Assembly (NCBI GenBank): GCA_964016885.1
Contig: OZ024760.1
Span: 6,696,001 to 6,760,000, forward strand
Source: Eledone cirrhosa
Lineage: Eukaryota
Direction: 5' to 3'
Length of the DNA: 64,000 bases
The translations under genes were made by a program, and so were the position numbers. Under the pieces are notes generated by a model that saw only the letters and a program-made list of their open reading frames with translations, searched no databases and was not told the DNA's origin. Shown one piece after another: positions 1 through 12,905 of this stretch; position 1 is the first letter of the stretch, and the number at the start of each line of letters is the position of its first letter.

Positions 1-607
1 TGGTGATGGTGGTGGAGGTGGAGGTGGTTGTGGTGGTAGTGGGCGTGGGCGTGATGGTGGTTGTGGCGGTAGTGGAAGGGATGGTGGTGACATGGGGGCG
101 AAGGTGGGTGGTGTTGCTCTTCAGAAAGTTCCAGAACAATAAATGGTTTATTTTTGGCTGCAGTGAATTTTTGGAAATGAAGGATTTGGTATTTATTTGG
201 TTGTTGGACAGGAGGTGGCTGGTGAGGGGTGGGCAGGGGGCAGAGTTTTGATGTAGTGGGGTCAGTGTGCAGGGCATTGAGATGGGAGAGGGGACGGGGT
301 CAGTAGAGTTGAGGTAGAGGGAGGGGTGGTGATTTGACATGAGGAAGAGAAGAGGGTTCCTGTTGGCAAGAAATGAGAGTTGAGGGGTGGGGGAGAGAAC
401 TGGGGGTTGGGGGGACGAAGAGAAAGAGAGAGAGGTGGGGCATAGCGGCTGGAATGGAAAGAGGGGAGTAGGGAGAGCAAGGGTGAACAGTTGATAGGTT
501 CTGGAAAAGAAAGAGAGGAGTGCAGAAGAGAGATTAGCAGGTGAGGGGGGGGGTATGTTGGTAGATAGATAGATTGATAGGTATATTGGTAGATAGCTAG
601 ATAGGTA

Positions 608-1340
608 GATAGATATGTTTCTTTATTAGCCATAGGAGCACAAAAGAAGGGGACAAATACAAAGGGGGAAGTTTACAAACAATAAAAACGTGTAAAATAT
701 TATCACAAATGCAATTTAGATAGATATATTTCTTTATTAGCCACAGGGGCACAAAAGAAGGGGACAAATACAAAGGGGGAAGTTTACATACAATAAAAAC
801 GTGTAAAATGTTATCACAGATGGAATTTAAAAGTTAGTCGATTTTCCCCAATAGAGGGAGACAGTTTATATGGGTAACACATACCCCCGAAAAAAATGTG
901 CAACCCTCATCTCCAGGAGTACGAAGAGCTTGTACTCCTTTCCTCTCCTCCTCCTTTTCCTCAATCTACAGGCTGATATAGAGAGAAGGCCCATTCACTC
1001 GGGCCATTCTCGCCACTTTCACCCACCTTTCATAAAACTTGCTGGGGTACAGCACCTCTCTCCATCCTGATTCTTCTTCCAAAGTGGTATTTGAAAAAAA
1101 GAATCGATAGATTTCTTTATTAGCCACAAGGGCGCAACAAGAAAAGGGGACAATACAAAGACATGCCGGGGATTTTACATACAGTCGTGTAAAAAATATA
1201 AAAACAAACAATTACAACAATCGAAATCCCCAATAGGGGGGAGGCGCCACAAATGGGTTGTTTAATACTCCGTAGATAGAACAACCCTCAACTCCAGGAG
1301 CGTGTTGTGCAAGTGCTCCTTTCTTCCTTTTGCTCTCGAT
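608..1340 (-). repeat. Three related fragments adjoining (GATA)n, probably 3' ends of a non-LTR element
   Basis: ttctttattagcca...aaggggacaa repeated near 619, 730 and 1113, each preceded by gata-type repeats. Confidence 0.4.
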
Positions 1341-1394
1341 AGATAGATAGATAGACATTGATGGTTGTGGTTGTGGTCTTTACAATACCTTCAT

Positions 1395-1395
1395 T

Positions 1396-1438
<43 letters not shown>

Positions 1439-2455
1439 ATGCATACAAATATATATCCATATATATATACTTATTAGCATACATATATACATCCCTACAT
1501 GCATATATACATACAATGACACATCCATATATATATATATATATATATATACATGCATACATCTATACATATACACATACCTACATACATATATACATAC
1601 ATAGACACATCTATCTATATATATACATATACACATACCTATATACATACATAGACACATCTATCTATCTATACATATACACATACCTACATATATACAT
1701 ACATAGACACATCTATCTATATATATATACATATACACATACCTACATATATATATACATACATAGACACATCTATCTATATATATACATATACACATAC
1801 CTATATACATACATAGACACATCTATCTATCTATATACATATACACATACCTATATACATACATAGACACATCTATCTATATATATACATATACACATAC
1901 CTACATATATACATACATAGACACATCTATCTATATATATATACATACATAGACACATTTATCTATATATATACATATACACATACCTACATACATACAT
2001 ACATAGACACATCTATCTATATATATATACATACATAGACACATCTATCTATATATATATACATATACACAGACACATCTATCTATATATATATACATAC
2101 ATAGACACATTTATCTATATATATACATATACACATACCTACATACATATATACATACATAGACACATCTATCTATATATATATACATATACACAGACAC
2201 ATCTATCTATATATATATATACATACATAGACACATTTATCTATATATATACATATACACATACCTATATACATACATAGACACATCTATCTATCTATAC
2301 ATATACACATACCTACATATATACATACACAGACACATCTATCTATATATATATACATACATAGACACATTTATCTATATATATACATATACACATACCT
2401 ACATACATATATACATACATAGACACATCTATCTATATATATATATACATATACA
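1395..2455. repeat. Compound TG/TA/CA micro- and minisatellite
   Basis: Recurrent acatagacacatctatctatatat units. Confidence 0.9.
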
Positions 2456-2638
2456 CCCAGCAATCTTGGAGATTGTCATAGTGAAGATGTCGTTGTGAAA
2501 AGTCAGGCAATTGTATTGATCGTCTTCGGTGATTCTTCAGAAGGAATCGGTCAAAGTGTCATTACCTATGAAACTTTATCTATGTCAAAATCAACAATCA
2601 ATTTCTCGGTTTATCACCAAGGTTATTTTTGTGGAAGA

Positions 2639-2677
<39 letters not shown>

Positions 2678-2682
2678 GTGTG

Positions 2683-2715
<33 letters not shown>

Positions 2716-2720
<5 letters not shown>

Positions 2721-2940
2721 AATTTTATATAGACATGGCTTCTACAGGATTAGCACTGTTTCATTCAAAGGAAATCATCAGGCTTTTCCTGATGATTTTC
2801 TTCGAATGAAGCAGTTCTAATCCTGTAAAAGTCATTTCTATATTAAATTATGTTGTAAACACTCAACTAATGTATTGAGTACCTTACTTACTGTGGTTAC
2901 TCCCGATTAAACCTTGGACTCACAAGAGATGTCAACATGA
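2716..2940 (+). mobile_element. Fold-back Penelope-like pLTR remnant with degenerate hammerhead
   Basis: Imperfect hairpin 2716-2854; CTGATGA at 2789, stem III cag/ctg, GUA triplet; followed by ACTC...GAGT hairpin 2861-2880. Confidence 0.55.
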
Positions 2941-3026
2941 ATGGACCTCCTATTTTTTATCTAAAGACATTTTTCCCAATTCCAACCCGCCCGTCCCCCT
3001 CTCAATCTATCTTATTTCTCATTCTT

Positions 3027-3062
3027 TCTTCTGATGAAAGATAAGCGTTCGAAACGTTAAGA
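3027..3062 (+). ncRNA. Degenerate minimal type I hammerhead ribozyme
   Basis: tctt-CTGATGA-(weak stem II)-GAAA-cg-TT-aaga; palindromic ACGT stem III. Confidence 0.5.
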
Positions 3063-3148
3063 CCCTCTTCCTGCTATATCAAGCGTTAACCTAATATATA
3101 TACCTTCCATATACTGTACCGATTGTGTTGCTATTTCTGTTTACCTTT

Positions 3149-3199
<51 letters not shown>

Positions 3200-3201
<2 letters not shown>

Positions 3202-3508
3202 CATCATTTCATTTTTACGTCCGCTTTTCCCTGCTTGCAAGGGTGGGACGGGAACTGATGCTGGCTTGATTTCTACAGCTGGATGCCCTTCCTAACACCA
3301 ACCTCATTTACAGTGAGTGCTGGGTGCTTTTTTGCCATGGCACCTCCACGACCACTTTGCAGTGGAATGATATGGACCCCAGTCCCTATCATCTCATTTC
3401 TACAGCTGAGTAAACTAGAGCAATGTGAAATAAAGTGTCTTGCTCAAGGACACAACACATCATCTGGTCACAACCTTTCGATTGCAAGGCCAATGCTCTA
3501 ACTACTAA

Positions 3509-3513
<5 letters not shown>
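3200..3513 (-). mobile_element. tRNA-derived CORE-like SINE with RTE-A tail
   Basis: A-box tggcttagt, core tccttgagcaagacact, tail gggaaaagcggacgtaaaa + (tga)n; internal deletion in head. Confidence 0.85.
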
Positions 3514-3546
<33 letters not shown>

Positions 3547-3619
3547 CGGCGCATTTTAAAATCTGGCAGAGCTCATCGCACCTCCAGGCAGAACAAAGTC
3601 CATTATTTTCTTGGGAAGG

Positions 3620-4015
3620 AGAAAGAGATAGAGAATGAGAGAGAAGAAGTAAGAAAGAGATAGAGAACGAGAGAGAAGAAGTAAGAAAGAGATAGAGAAT
3701 GAGAGAGAAGAAGTAAGAAAGAGATAAAGAATGAGAGAGAAGAAGTAAGAAAGAGATAGAGAATGAGAGAGAAGAAGTAAGAAAGAGATAGAGAATGAGA
3801 GAGAAGAAGTAAGAAAGAGATAGAGAATGAGAGAGAAGAAGTAAGAAAGAGATAGAAAATGAGAGAGAAGAAGTAAGAAAGAGATAGAGAATGAGAGAGA
3901 AGAAGTAAGAAAGAGATAGAGAATGAGAGAGAAGAAGTAAGAAAGAGATAGAGTGAGAGAGAGGAAGAAAGAAATAGTGAGTGAGAGAGAGAGGAAGTAA
4001 GAAAGAAATATAGAA
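3620..4015. repeat. About 30-bp purine-rich minisatellite
   Basis: gagagaagaagtaagaaagagatagagaat tandem. Confidence 0.9.
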
Positions 4016-4352
4016 AGCAAGAATTTGCTCCTCAGTACTTGACTGGTACTTTTTTTTATCAACATTGAAAGTTTTGAAGAGCAAAGTTCATCTTGGCAAG
4101 ATTTGAACTCATTCTCTGAGGGTTGGTTGAAAGGTTCATTGGCTGACCAAGATACTCTCATGGAATGACCAAATGAGGTTTATTTTTCAATGCAGTTATT
4201 AATAAGAAGAGTTGAAATTAATGCATGCAAGATTTCACAGCTTTAGCATCACTCATTCATAGTCAGCCTATGACTAAGATACTCTCATGGAATGACCAAA
4301 TGAGGTTTATTTTTCAACATAGTTCTTGGAAGGAAACAATGCAGTTATATAA

Positions 4353-4750
4353 AATTGTTTCTACTTTTGGCACAAGGCCAGCAATTACCCCAGTGCATTA
4401 CTGGTACTTTATTTTAACAACTCCGTAAAGATGAAAGGCAAAGTTAACCTCGGCACTCGGCAGGATTTGAACTGCCAATCGTAAAGGGCTAGAACTCTAT
4501 GCTGCAAAGCATGGCGTCCGACCCTCTACCGATACTGCCAATCTGCAGATATTAATAATTGTTTCTACTTTTGGCACAAGGCCAGCAATTATACCAGTGT
4601 ATTACTGGTACTTTATTTTATGGACCCCGTAAGGATGAAAGGCAAAGTTAACCTTGGCGGGATTTGAACTCAGATCATACAGGGCCGTAACTCTATGCTG
4701 CAAAGCATGGCGTCCGACTCTCTACCGATACTGCCAAACCACCGCCCTTA
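4353..4750 (-). mobile_element. Two tandem copies of second tRNA-SINE family (Meta-domain-like)
   Basis: Reverse complement ggcggt..ttggcagtatcggtagag, B-box gttcaaatcc, tttgcctttcatccttacggggtc, tail ggccttgtgccaaaagtagaaacaatt. Confidence 0.8.
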
Positions 4751-4856
4751 ATAATAATAGTCAGAGTTGAAATTAGTGCAGGCAAGATTTCACAGCTCTA
4801 GCATCACTCCTTCATAAATAGCTTATGAACTTTTCAACCTACCTTCGTACTTGATT

Positions 4857-5205
4857 TTGTGTGTAGTAATATGGCGTGTGTGTGTGTGTAGTAATATGGT
4901 GTTGGTGTGTGTGTGTGTGTGTAGTAATATGGTGTGTTGTGTGTGTAGTAATACGGTGTTGGTGTGTGTGTGTGTAGTAATATGGTGTTGGTGTGTGTGT
5001 GTGTGTGTGTAGTAATATGGTGTGTTGTGTGTGTAGTAATACGGTGTTGGTGTGTGTGTGTGTAGTAATACGGTGTTGGTGTGTGTGTGTGTAGTAATAC
5101 GGTGTTGGTGTGTGTGTGTGTAGTAATACGGTGTTGGTGTGTGTGTGTGTAGTAATACGGTGTTGGTGTGTGTGTGTGTAGTAATACGGTGTTGGTGTGT
5201 GTCTT
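4857..5205. repeat. (TG)-based minisatellite
   Basis: gtagtaatacggtgttggtgtgtgtgtg units. Confidence 0.9.
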
Positions 5206-5319
5206 GGCACTATTTCAAGAGGTTTTATCTAAATCCCTGTCACTAAATCTATATTGATTGATATATTGATAAATAACGATTTACTTCCTGTTCCCGATCT
5301 CACATCTTTAATAACGATC

Positions 5320-5339
5320 TTGTTGTTGTTGTTGTTGTC

Positions 5340-5395
<56 letters not shown>

Positions 5396-6384
5396 CGTTG
5401 TTGGATTGGGTTGCGGTGGTTGTTGCTGTTGTTGTTGTTGTAGTTGTAGTTGCATTTGTTTTTTGTATTTGCTGTTGTTGTTGTTGGATTGGGTTGTGGT
5501 GGTTGTTATTGTTGTTGTTGTTGTTGTTATTACTATTGTTGTTGCTGTTGTTGTTGTTGTTGGATTGGGTTGTGGTGGTTGTTATTGTTGTTGTTGTTGT
5601 TATTACTATTGTTGTTGCTGTTGTTGTTGTTGTTGGATTGGGTTGTGGTGGTTGTTGCTGTTGTTGTTGTTACTATTGTTGTTGTTGCTGTTATTGCTGT
5701 TGTTGTTATTGTTGTTGTTGTTGTTGTTGTTGTTGTTACTGTTGTTGTTGTTGTTGCTGCTGCTGCTGCTGCTGCTGTTGGATTGGGTTGTGGTGGTTGT
5801 TGCTGTTGTTGTTATTGTTGTTGTTACATTTGTTTTTTGTATTTGCTGCTGCTGTTGGATTGGGTTGTGGTGGTTGTTGCTGTTGTTGTTATTGTTGTTG
5901 TTACATTTGTTTTTTGTATTTGCTGCTGTTGTTGTTGGATTGGGTTGTGGTGGTTGTTGCTGTTATTGTTGTTGTTGTTGTTGTTGTTGTTGTTATTACT
6001 ATTGTTGTTGTTGCTGTTGTTGTTGGATTGGGTTGTGGCTGTTGTTGTGGCTGTTATTGTTGCTGTTGTTGCTGCTATTGTAGTTGCTGTTGTTGTTATT
6101 GTTATTGTCATTGTAGTTGTTGTCGCTGTTGTTGCCGTTGCTTGTTTAACCCCCAGGTCATCTCTCAGTGAACAAACCTACTCTCGAAACCCCTTTCAGT
6201 AGCCCCAAGTATCCTGTCTTGTTTGTTTATATATTTTTATATATTGTTCCTAATCCTAACATATTGTTAGCTCCTCCCCGACCACTTCTTACTCCCTCAA
6301 CAACTTTCCTCTCATCACCTCAACATTATTGGTAAATACAGATACTATCTTCTTTCTCTGTCTTCAATAAAGAGGGATTAATGA

Positions 6385-6420
<36 letters not shown>

Positions 6421-7200
6421 AGTGGTTGTTGATGTTGCGGTTGTTGTGGTGGTGGTTGTTGTTGTTGTTGTTGTTGATGTTGTGGTTGTTGTTGTGATGG
6501 TTGTTGTTGTGGTTGTTGTGGTGGTTGTTATTGTTGTGGTGGTTGTGGTTGTTGTTGTTGTTGTTGTTGTTGTTGATGTTGTGGTTGTTGTTGTGGTTGT
6601 TATTGTTGTGGTGGTTGTGGTTGTGGTGGTGGTTGTTGTTGTTGTTGTTGATGCTGTGGTTGTTGTTGTTGTGGTTGTTGTGGTGGTTGTTATTGTTGTG
6701 GTGGTTGTTGTTGTTGTTGTGGTTGTTGTTGTTGTGGTGGTTGTTGTGATGGTTGTTGCCATTGTTGTTGTTGTGGTGGTTGTTATTGTTGTGGTGGTTG
6801 TTGTTGTTGTTGTGGTGGTTGTTGTGGTGGTTGTTATTGTTGTGGTGGTTGTTGTTGTGGTTGTTGTTGTTGTGGTGGTTGTTGTGATGGTTGTTGCCAT
6901 TGTTGTTGTTGTGGTGGTTGTTGATTTTGTAGTTATGGTTGTTGGTGGTGTTGTTTAACACCAGGACTGTGCTGATTGAACAGACCTTTCATCAAAATCA
7001 TAAACATTGCAACCATGATCATCCCGTCTTTTGAGAGAGGTGGCGGTGGTGGTGCTGGTGATGGTGATGGTGGTGGTGTAGTGGTGGTGGTGGTGTAGTA
7101 GTGGTAGTGGTGGTGGTGGTGTAGTAGTGGTAGTGGTGATGGTGGTGGTGGTAGTGGTGGTGTAGTGGTGGTGATGGTGGTGGTAGTGGTGGTGGTGGTG
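5320..7200. repeat. (GTT)n and (GGT)n trinucleotide fields
   Basis: Degenerate gtt/ggt arrays 5320-6140, 6380-6955, 7040-7200. Confidence 0.95.
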
Positions 7201-7414
7201 AGTCACCTGTTAGTATATCTGTACAAAACGAATCGAGGGTAAAACCAAGGTATTCACCAGACATAATTCCAAAACTACCAACAAGAGACTACAACAAGAC
7301 TCCATATACACAGGTCCCCCATCACAGTTCACTTCAGTCCTTATATATAGACTTTTCGCCTAGTCCACTTTTAGTTAAGCGGGGGTGTTCAGGGTTTGTT
7401 CTCCACAAAACTAT

Positions 7415-7724
7415 TCAAATTTTTATCAAATTTTTATCAAATTTTTATCATATTTTTATCAAATTTTTATCATATTTTTATCATATTTTTATCATATTTT
7501 TATCATATTTTTATCATATTTTTATCAAATTTTTATCAAATTTTTATCATATTTTTATCATATTTTTATCAAATTTTTATCATATTTTTATCAAATTTTT
7601 ATCATATTTTTATCATATTTTTATCAAATTTTTATCATATTTTTATCAGATTTTTATCATATTTTTATCATATTTTTATCAAATTTTTATCATATTTTTA
7701 TCAAATTTTTATCATATTTTTCAG
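7415..7724. repeat. 11-bp tandem repeat atttttatca(t/a) abutting the splice acceptor
   Basis: Array runs directly into ttttcag of the first exon. Confidence 0.9.
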
Positions 7725-7849
7725 GTTGATAACTTTGGATTCGGCATTGCAGTTAGCGGTGGTCGTGACAATCCACATTTTGACAATGGTGATCCCTCTA
7801 TAGCTATTTGTGATGTTCTAAAAGCAGGCCCTGCTGAAGGAAAGCTGCA
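7725..7849 (+). CDS. TJP1: ZO-1/TJP1-like exon (PDZ1, first part); upstream exons not found in window
   Basis: tcag|GTT...CTGCA|gtaag; translates [41 protein letters not shown](Q), matching ZO-1 PDZ1 [15 protein letters not shown]; phase 0 to 2. Confidence 0.95.
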
Positions 7850-7959
7850 GTAAGTCAACCCTGCTCCCCTTATTTTACTTCAATAATTTATATTTTACTA
7901 TCAGATTTTTGTAAGGCATTGTCATTGATTACTGGCTTTATTAATTTTTGTTTTATATT

Positions 7960-9018
7960 TATATATATATTGTGTGTGTGTGTATATATATATATATAGT
8001 GTGTGTATATATATATTGTGTGTGTGTGTATATATATATAGTGTGTGTGTATATATTGTGTGTGTGTGTGTGTATATATATATAGTGTGTATATATATAT
8101 TGTGTGTGTGTGTATATATATATTGTGTGTGTGTATATATATATAGTGTGTGTATATATATATTGTGTGTGTGTATATATATATAGTGTGTGTGTATATA
8201 TTGTGTGTGTGTGTGTGTATATATATATAGTGTGTATATATATATTGTGTGTGTGTGTATATATATATTGTGTGTGTGTATATATTGTGTGTGTGTGTGT
8301 GTATATATATATAGTGTGTATATATATATTGTGTGTGTGTGTATATATATATTGTGTGTGTGTATATATATATAGTGTGTATATATATATTGTGTGTGTG
8401 TATATATATATATAGTGTGTATATATATTGTGTGTGTGTATATATATATAGTGTGTATATATATATTGTGTGTGTGTATATATATATAGTGTGTATATAT
8501 ATATTGTGTGTGTGTATATATATATAGTGTGTATATATATATAGTGTATATATATATTGTGTGTGTGTGTATATATATATATAGTGTGTGTATATATATT
8601 GTGTGTGTGTGTGTGTGTATATATATTGTGTGTGTGTGTATATATATTGTGTGTGTGTGTATATATATATAGTGTGTATATATATATTGTGTGTGTGTGT
8701 GTATATATATATAGTGTGTATATATATATTGTGTGTGTGTGTGTATATATATATATAGTGTGTGTATATATATTGGGTGTGTGTGTATATATATATAGTG
8801 TGTATAAATATATTGTGTGTGTGTGTGTATATATATATAGTGTGTATATACATATTGTGTGTGTGTGTATATATATAGTGTGTGTATATATATATATTGT
8901 GTGTGTATATATATATATAGTGTGTGTGTGTATATATATATTGTGTGTGTACATATATATATATATATAGTGTGTGTGTGTGTATATATATATAGTGTGT
9001 GTGTGTGTGTATATATAT

Positions 9019-9049
<31 letters not shown>

Positions 9050-9170
9050 TGTGTGTGTGTGTATATATAGTGTGTGTGTATAATTATATATATAGTGTGT
9101 GTGTATAATTATATATATAGTGTCTGTGTGTGTGTGTATATATATATATTGTGTGTGTATATATATATAT
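7960..9170. repeat. (TA)/(TG) compound microsatellite
   Basis: Alternating tata and tgtg blocks. Confidence 0.95.
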
Positions 9171-10309
9171 AGTGAGGAATTTAGTGAGGAATTCCAGATA
9201 CAAGTAGGAGTACATCAGGGTTCGGTCCTCAGCCCGCTCTTGTTCATTATAGTCCTCCAAGCCATAACAGAGGAGTTTAAGACTGGCTGTCCATGGGAAC
9301 TTCTCTATGCTGACGATCTGACTCTTATAGCAGAATCAGTAGAGGAGCTAGAGAATAAATTCCGGCTATGGAAACAGCAGTTGGAAGCAAGAGGACTGAG
9401 AGTAAATCTAGCTAAGACAAAAGTGTTGATGAGTAGAAAAGAGGACAAAACCCTGATTCCGTCAGGGAAATGGCCATGTTCGATATGCAGAAAAGGAACT
9501 GGCATAAATTCTATAAAATGCACACAATGCAGGTCCTGGGTACACAAGAGATGTAGCGGGATAGCAGGCAAACTAACAGGTAGGGAGAAATATGTATGCA
9601 GTAGATGTACAGGGAAATTAGACAGTAGAAGTCGCACTGATAGACACATTTTTCAAATGCGAGAGGGCGCTATAGAAGTGGTGGATAGCTTCCGGTACCT
9701 AGGAGATCTGATTAGCATGGGAGGAGGGTGTTCCGAGGCCATAGTATCTAGAATAAGGACGGGTTGGAAGAAGTTTAGGGAGCTGCTTCCTCTGTTGACG
9801 AAGAAGGGTTTCTCCCTGCGTACGAAAGGCCGGTTGTATGATGCCTGTGTGAGGAGCGCGATGCTGCATGGTAGTGAGACATGGGCAGCAACCGCAGAGG
9901 ATATGCGACGGCTGGAGAGAAATGAGGCAAGCATGCTCCGTTGGATGTGCAGTGTAAATGTGCGTGAACGACCCAGCATAAATGTGTTGAGAGAGAAACT
10001 GTGTCTGAGAGGGATAGAATGTAGTGTACAGGAGAGGAGACTGGGGTGGTATGGACATGTGATGCGCATGGAGGATGACCGATGGGTGAAGAAGTGCCAG
10101 GAAATGCCAGTTGAAGGAAGACGTGGTAGAGGTAGACCACGAAAACCATGGGCGGAGGTGGTGAGAACAGACCTCAGATCATTGAAGCTCACGGTGGAGA
10201 TGACGAGGGACCGTGACGAGTGGAGAGATGCTGTGCTGAATAAGACCCGTCCCACCCTTGCAAGCAGGGAAAAGCGGACGTAAAATGATGATGATGATGA
10301 TGATGATGA
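9171..10309 (+). mobile_element. 5'-truncated RTE-clade LINE (family A), RT C-terminal half with open frame
   Basis: GVHQGSVLSPLLF, LLYADD, C4HC3 finger, RRLGWYGHVMRM, GRGRPRKPW; stop codon abuts (gat)n tail; inserted in (TA)n. Confidence 0.95.
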
Positions 10310-11795
10310 TATATATATATATTGTGTGTGTATATATATAGTGTGTCTGTATATATATATGTGTGTGTGTATGTTTGTATATATATTTATGAGTTTGTGT
10401 GTGTGTGTATGACTGCATATACATGTGTGTGTGTGTCTAGGCTTATATATGTGTGTATGTTTGTATATATATTTATGAGTTTGTGTGTGTGTGTATGACT
10501 GCATATACATGTGTGTGTGTGTCTAGGCTTATATATGTGTGTATGTTTGTATATATATTTATGAGTTTGTGTGTGTGTGTATGACTGCATATACATGTGT
10601 GTGTGTGTCTAGGCTTATATATGTGTGTGTGTATGTTTGTATATATATTTATGAGTTTGTGTGTGTGTGTATGACTGCATATACATGTGTGTGTGTGTGT
10701 CTAGGCTTATATATGTGTGTGTGTATGTTTGTATATATATTTATGAGTTTGTGTGTGTGTGTATGACTGCATATACATGTGTGTGTGTGTCTAGGCTTAT
10801 ATATGTGTGTGTGTATGTTTGTATATATATTTATGAGTTTGTGTGTGTGTGTATGACTGTATATACATGTGTGTGTGTGTCTAGGCTTATATATATATAT
10901 ATATATATACATATGTTAATAGTGTGTGTGTGTGTGTGTATGCCAGTATATATACATATGTGTGTGTACGTGTGTGTATATATATATATACACATACATA
11001 TATTAATAATGTGTGTTTGTGTATGCCTGTATATATATATATATATGTGTATATGTGTAGGTATATACATGTATGTATATATATATATGTGTATATGTGT
11101 AGGTATATACATGTATGTATATATATATATGTGTATATGTGTAGGTATATACATGTATGTATATATATATGTGTATATGTGTAGGTATATACATTTATGT
11201 ATATATATATATGTGTATATGTGTAGGTATATACATGTATGTATATATATATGTGTATATGTGTAGGTATATACATGTATGTATATATATATGTGTAGGT
11301 ATATACATGTATGTATATATATATGTGTATATGTGTAGTTATATACATGTATGTATATATATATATATGTGTATATGTGTAGGTATATACATGTATTATT
11401 ATGTATATGTGTAGGTATATACATGTATGTATATATATATGTGTATATGTGTAGGTATATACATGTATGTATATATATATGTATATATGTGTAGGTATAT
11501 ACATGTATGTATATATATATGTGTATATGTGTAGGTATATACATGTATGTATATATATGTGTATATGTGTAGGTATATACATGTATGTATATATATATAT
11601 GTGTATATGTGTAGGTATATACATGTATTATTATGTATATATATGTGTATATGTGTAGGTATATACATGTATGTATATATATATATGTGTATATGTGTAG
11701 GTATATACATGTATGTATATATATATGTGTATATGTGTAGGTATATACATGTATGTATATATATGTGTATATGTGTAGGTATATACATGTATTAT
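10310..11795. repeat. TG/TA-derived minisatellites (about 90-bp and about 40-bp units)
   Basis: gactgcatatacatgtg...ctaggctt and gtaggtatatacatgtatg units. Confidence 0.9.
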
Positions 11796-12076
11796 TGTCG
11801 AACATGGGAAAATGACACAATACCAAAGCAGAGTTTAAATATTCATTTAATATGTCAACGTGGTGACCATGTTACTGTGGAGGTGCACCTGCGTACTCAC
11901 AGAATAATCAGAAACAAGAGAGGTAAAAAATTTGATTCTTTGTAGCAGCTGCTGGTCGCTTTATACCGGTATCTTACTTGATTTTCTCAGCTATTATTTA
12001 TAGCAATCAACTGTAGTTACAGTGATTTTCAGCATTTGGGATTTCTACATGTTCTAAGAATATATATATATATATA

Positions 12077-12427
12077 TCATCATTCATCATCATCATCATT
12101 TCATTTTACGTCCGCTTTTCCCTGCTTGCAAGGGTGGGACGGGAACTGATTCTGGCTTGATTTCTACAGCTGGATGCCCTTCCTAACACCAACCTCATTT
12201 ACAGTGAGTGCTGGGTGCTTTTTTGCCGTGGCACCTCCACGACCACTTTGCAGTGGAATGATAGGGACCCCTGTCCCTATCATCTCATTTCTACAGCTGA
12301 GTAAACTGGAGCAATGTGAAATAAAGTGTCTTGCTCAAGGAAACAACACATCACCCGGTCTGAGAATTGAACTCACAACCTTTCGATTGCAAGGTCAATG
12401 CTCTAACCACTAAGCCATGTGCCTCCA
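12077..12427 (-). mobile_element. Full-length tRNA/CORE-like SINE with RTE-A tail
   Basis: Head ggaggcacatggcttagtggttagagc, B-box gttcaattc, core, RTE tail. Confidence 0.9.
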
Positions 12428-12460
12428 TATATATATGCATATATATATATGTATATATAT

Positions 12461-12627
12461 AACAAAGAAGGTGTGGTAAGATACCAGGTGGACCATAACA
12501 CATCAGAGTACTCAATACTTAGGGTAGTAGAGTGGGTAATAGACAAAGAGTCGGGACCCCGATGGCTGAGCTCCAGCCATTTCGACAGCTTGATCGGATC
12601 TAGCTGTCGAAACGGTTGGCTCTTTCC
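12461..12627 (-). mobile_element. pLTR-like remnant with 3' half of a hammerhead, folded back at stem II
   Basis: Minus strand gctgtc-GAAA-tggctg gagct cagcca-TC; hairpin tttcgacagct..agctgtcgaaa; downstream cactc...gagtact. Confidence 0.5.
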
Positions 12628-12683
12628 TATATATATATTATTAGAACCAAAATGAACTTGTGTTGCTCTTTGTGGGACCTTTG

Positions 12684-12728
<45 letters not shown>

Positions 12729-12905
12729 AATAAATTAAAGTTTAAGCAAAGAATCGCTGCTTTTACAGGTGAAAGCAGCGATTCTTTGCTTAAGCTTTAA
12801 TCTGTACTAATAAAGAATATTTGCTCTACGTGTTTATATACATATATATAATCGTTATCAAGCCCTCTTTGGATTTTAGTCTTCACATTTATTATTACTA
12901 TATAT

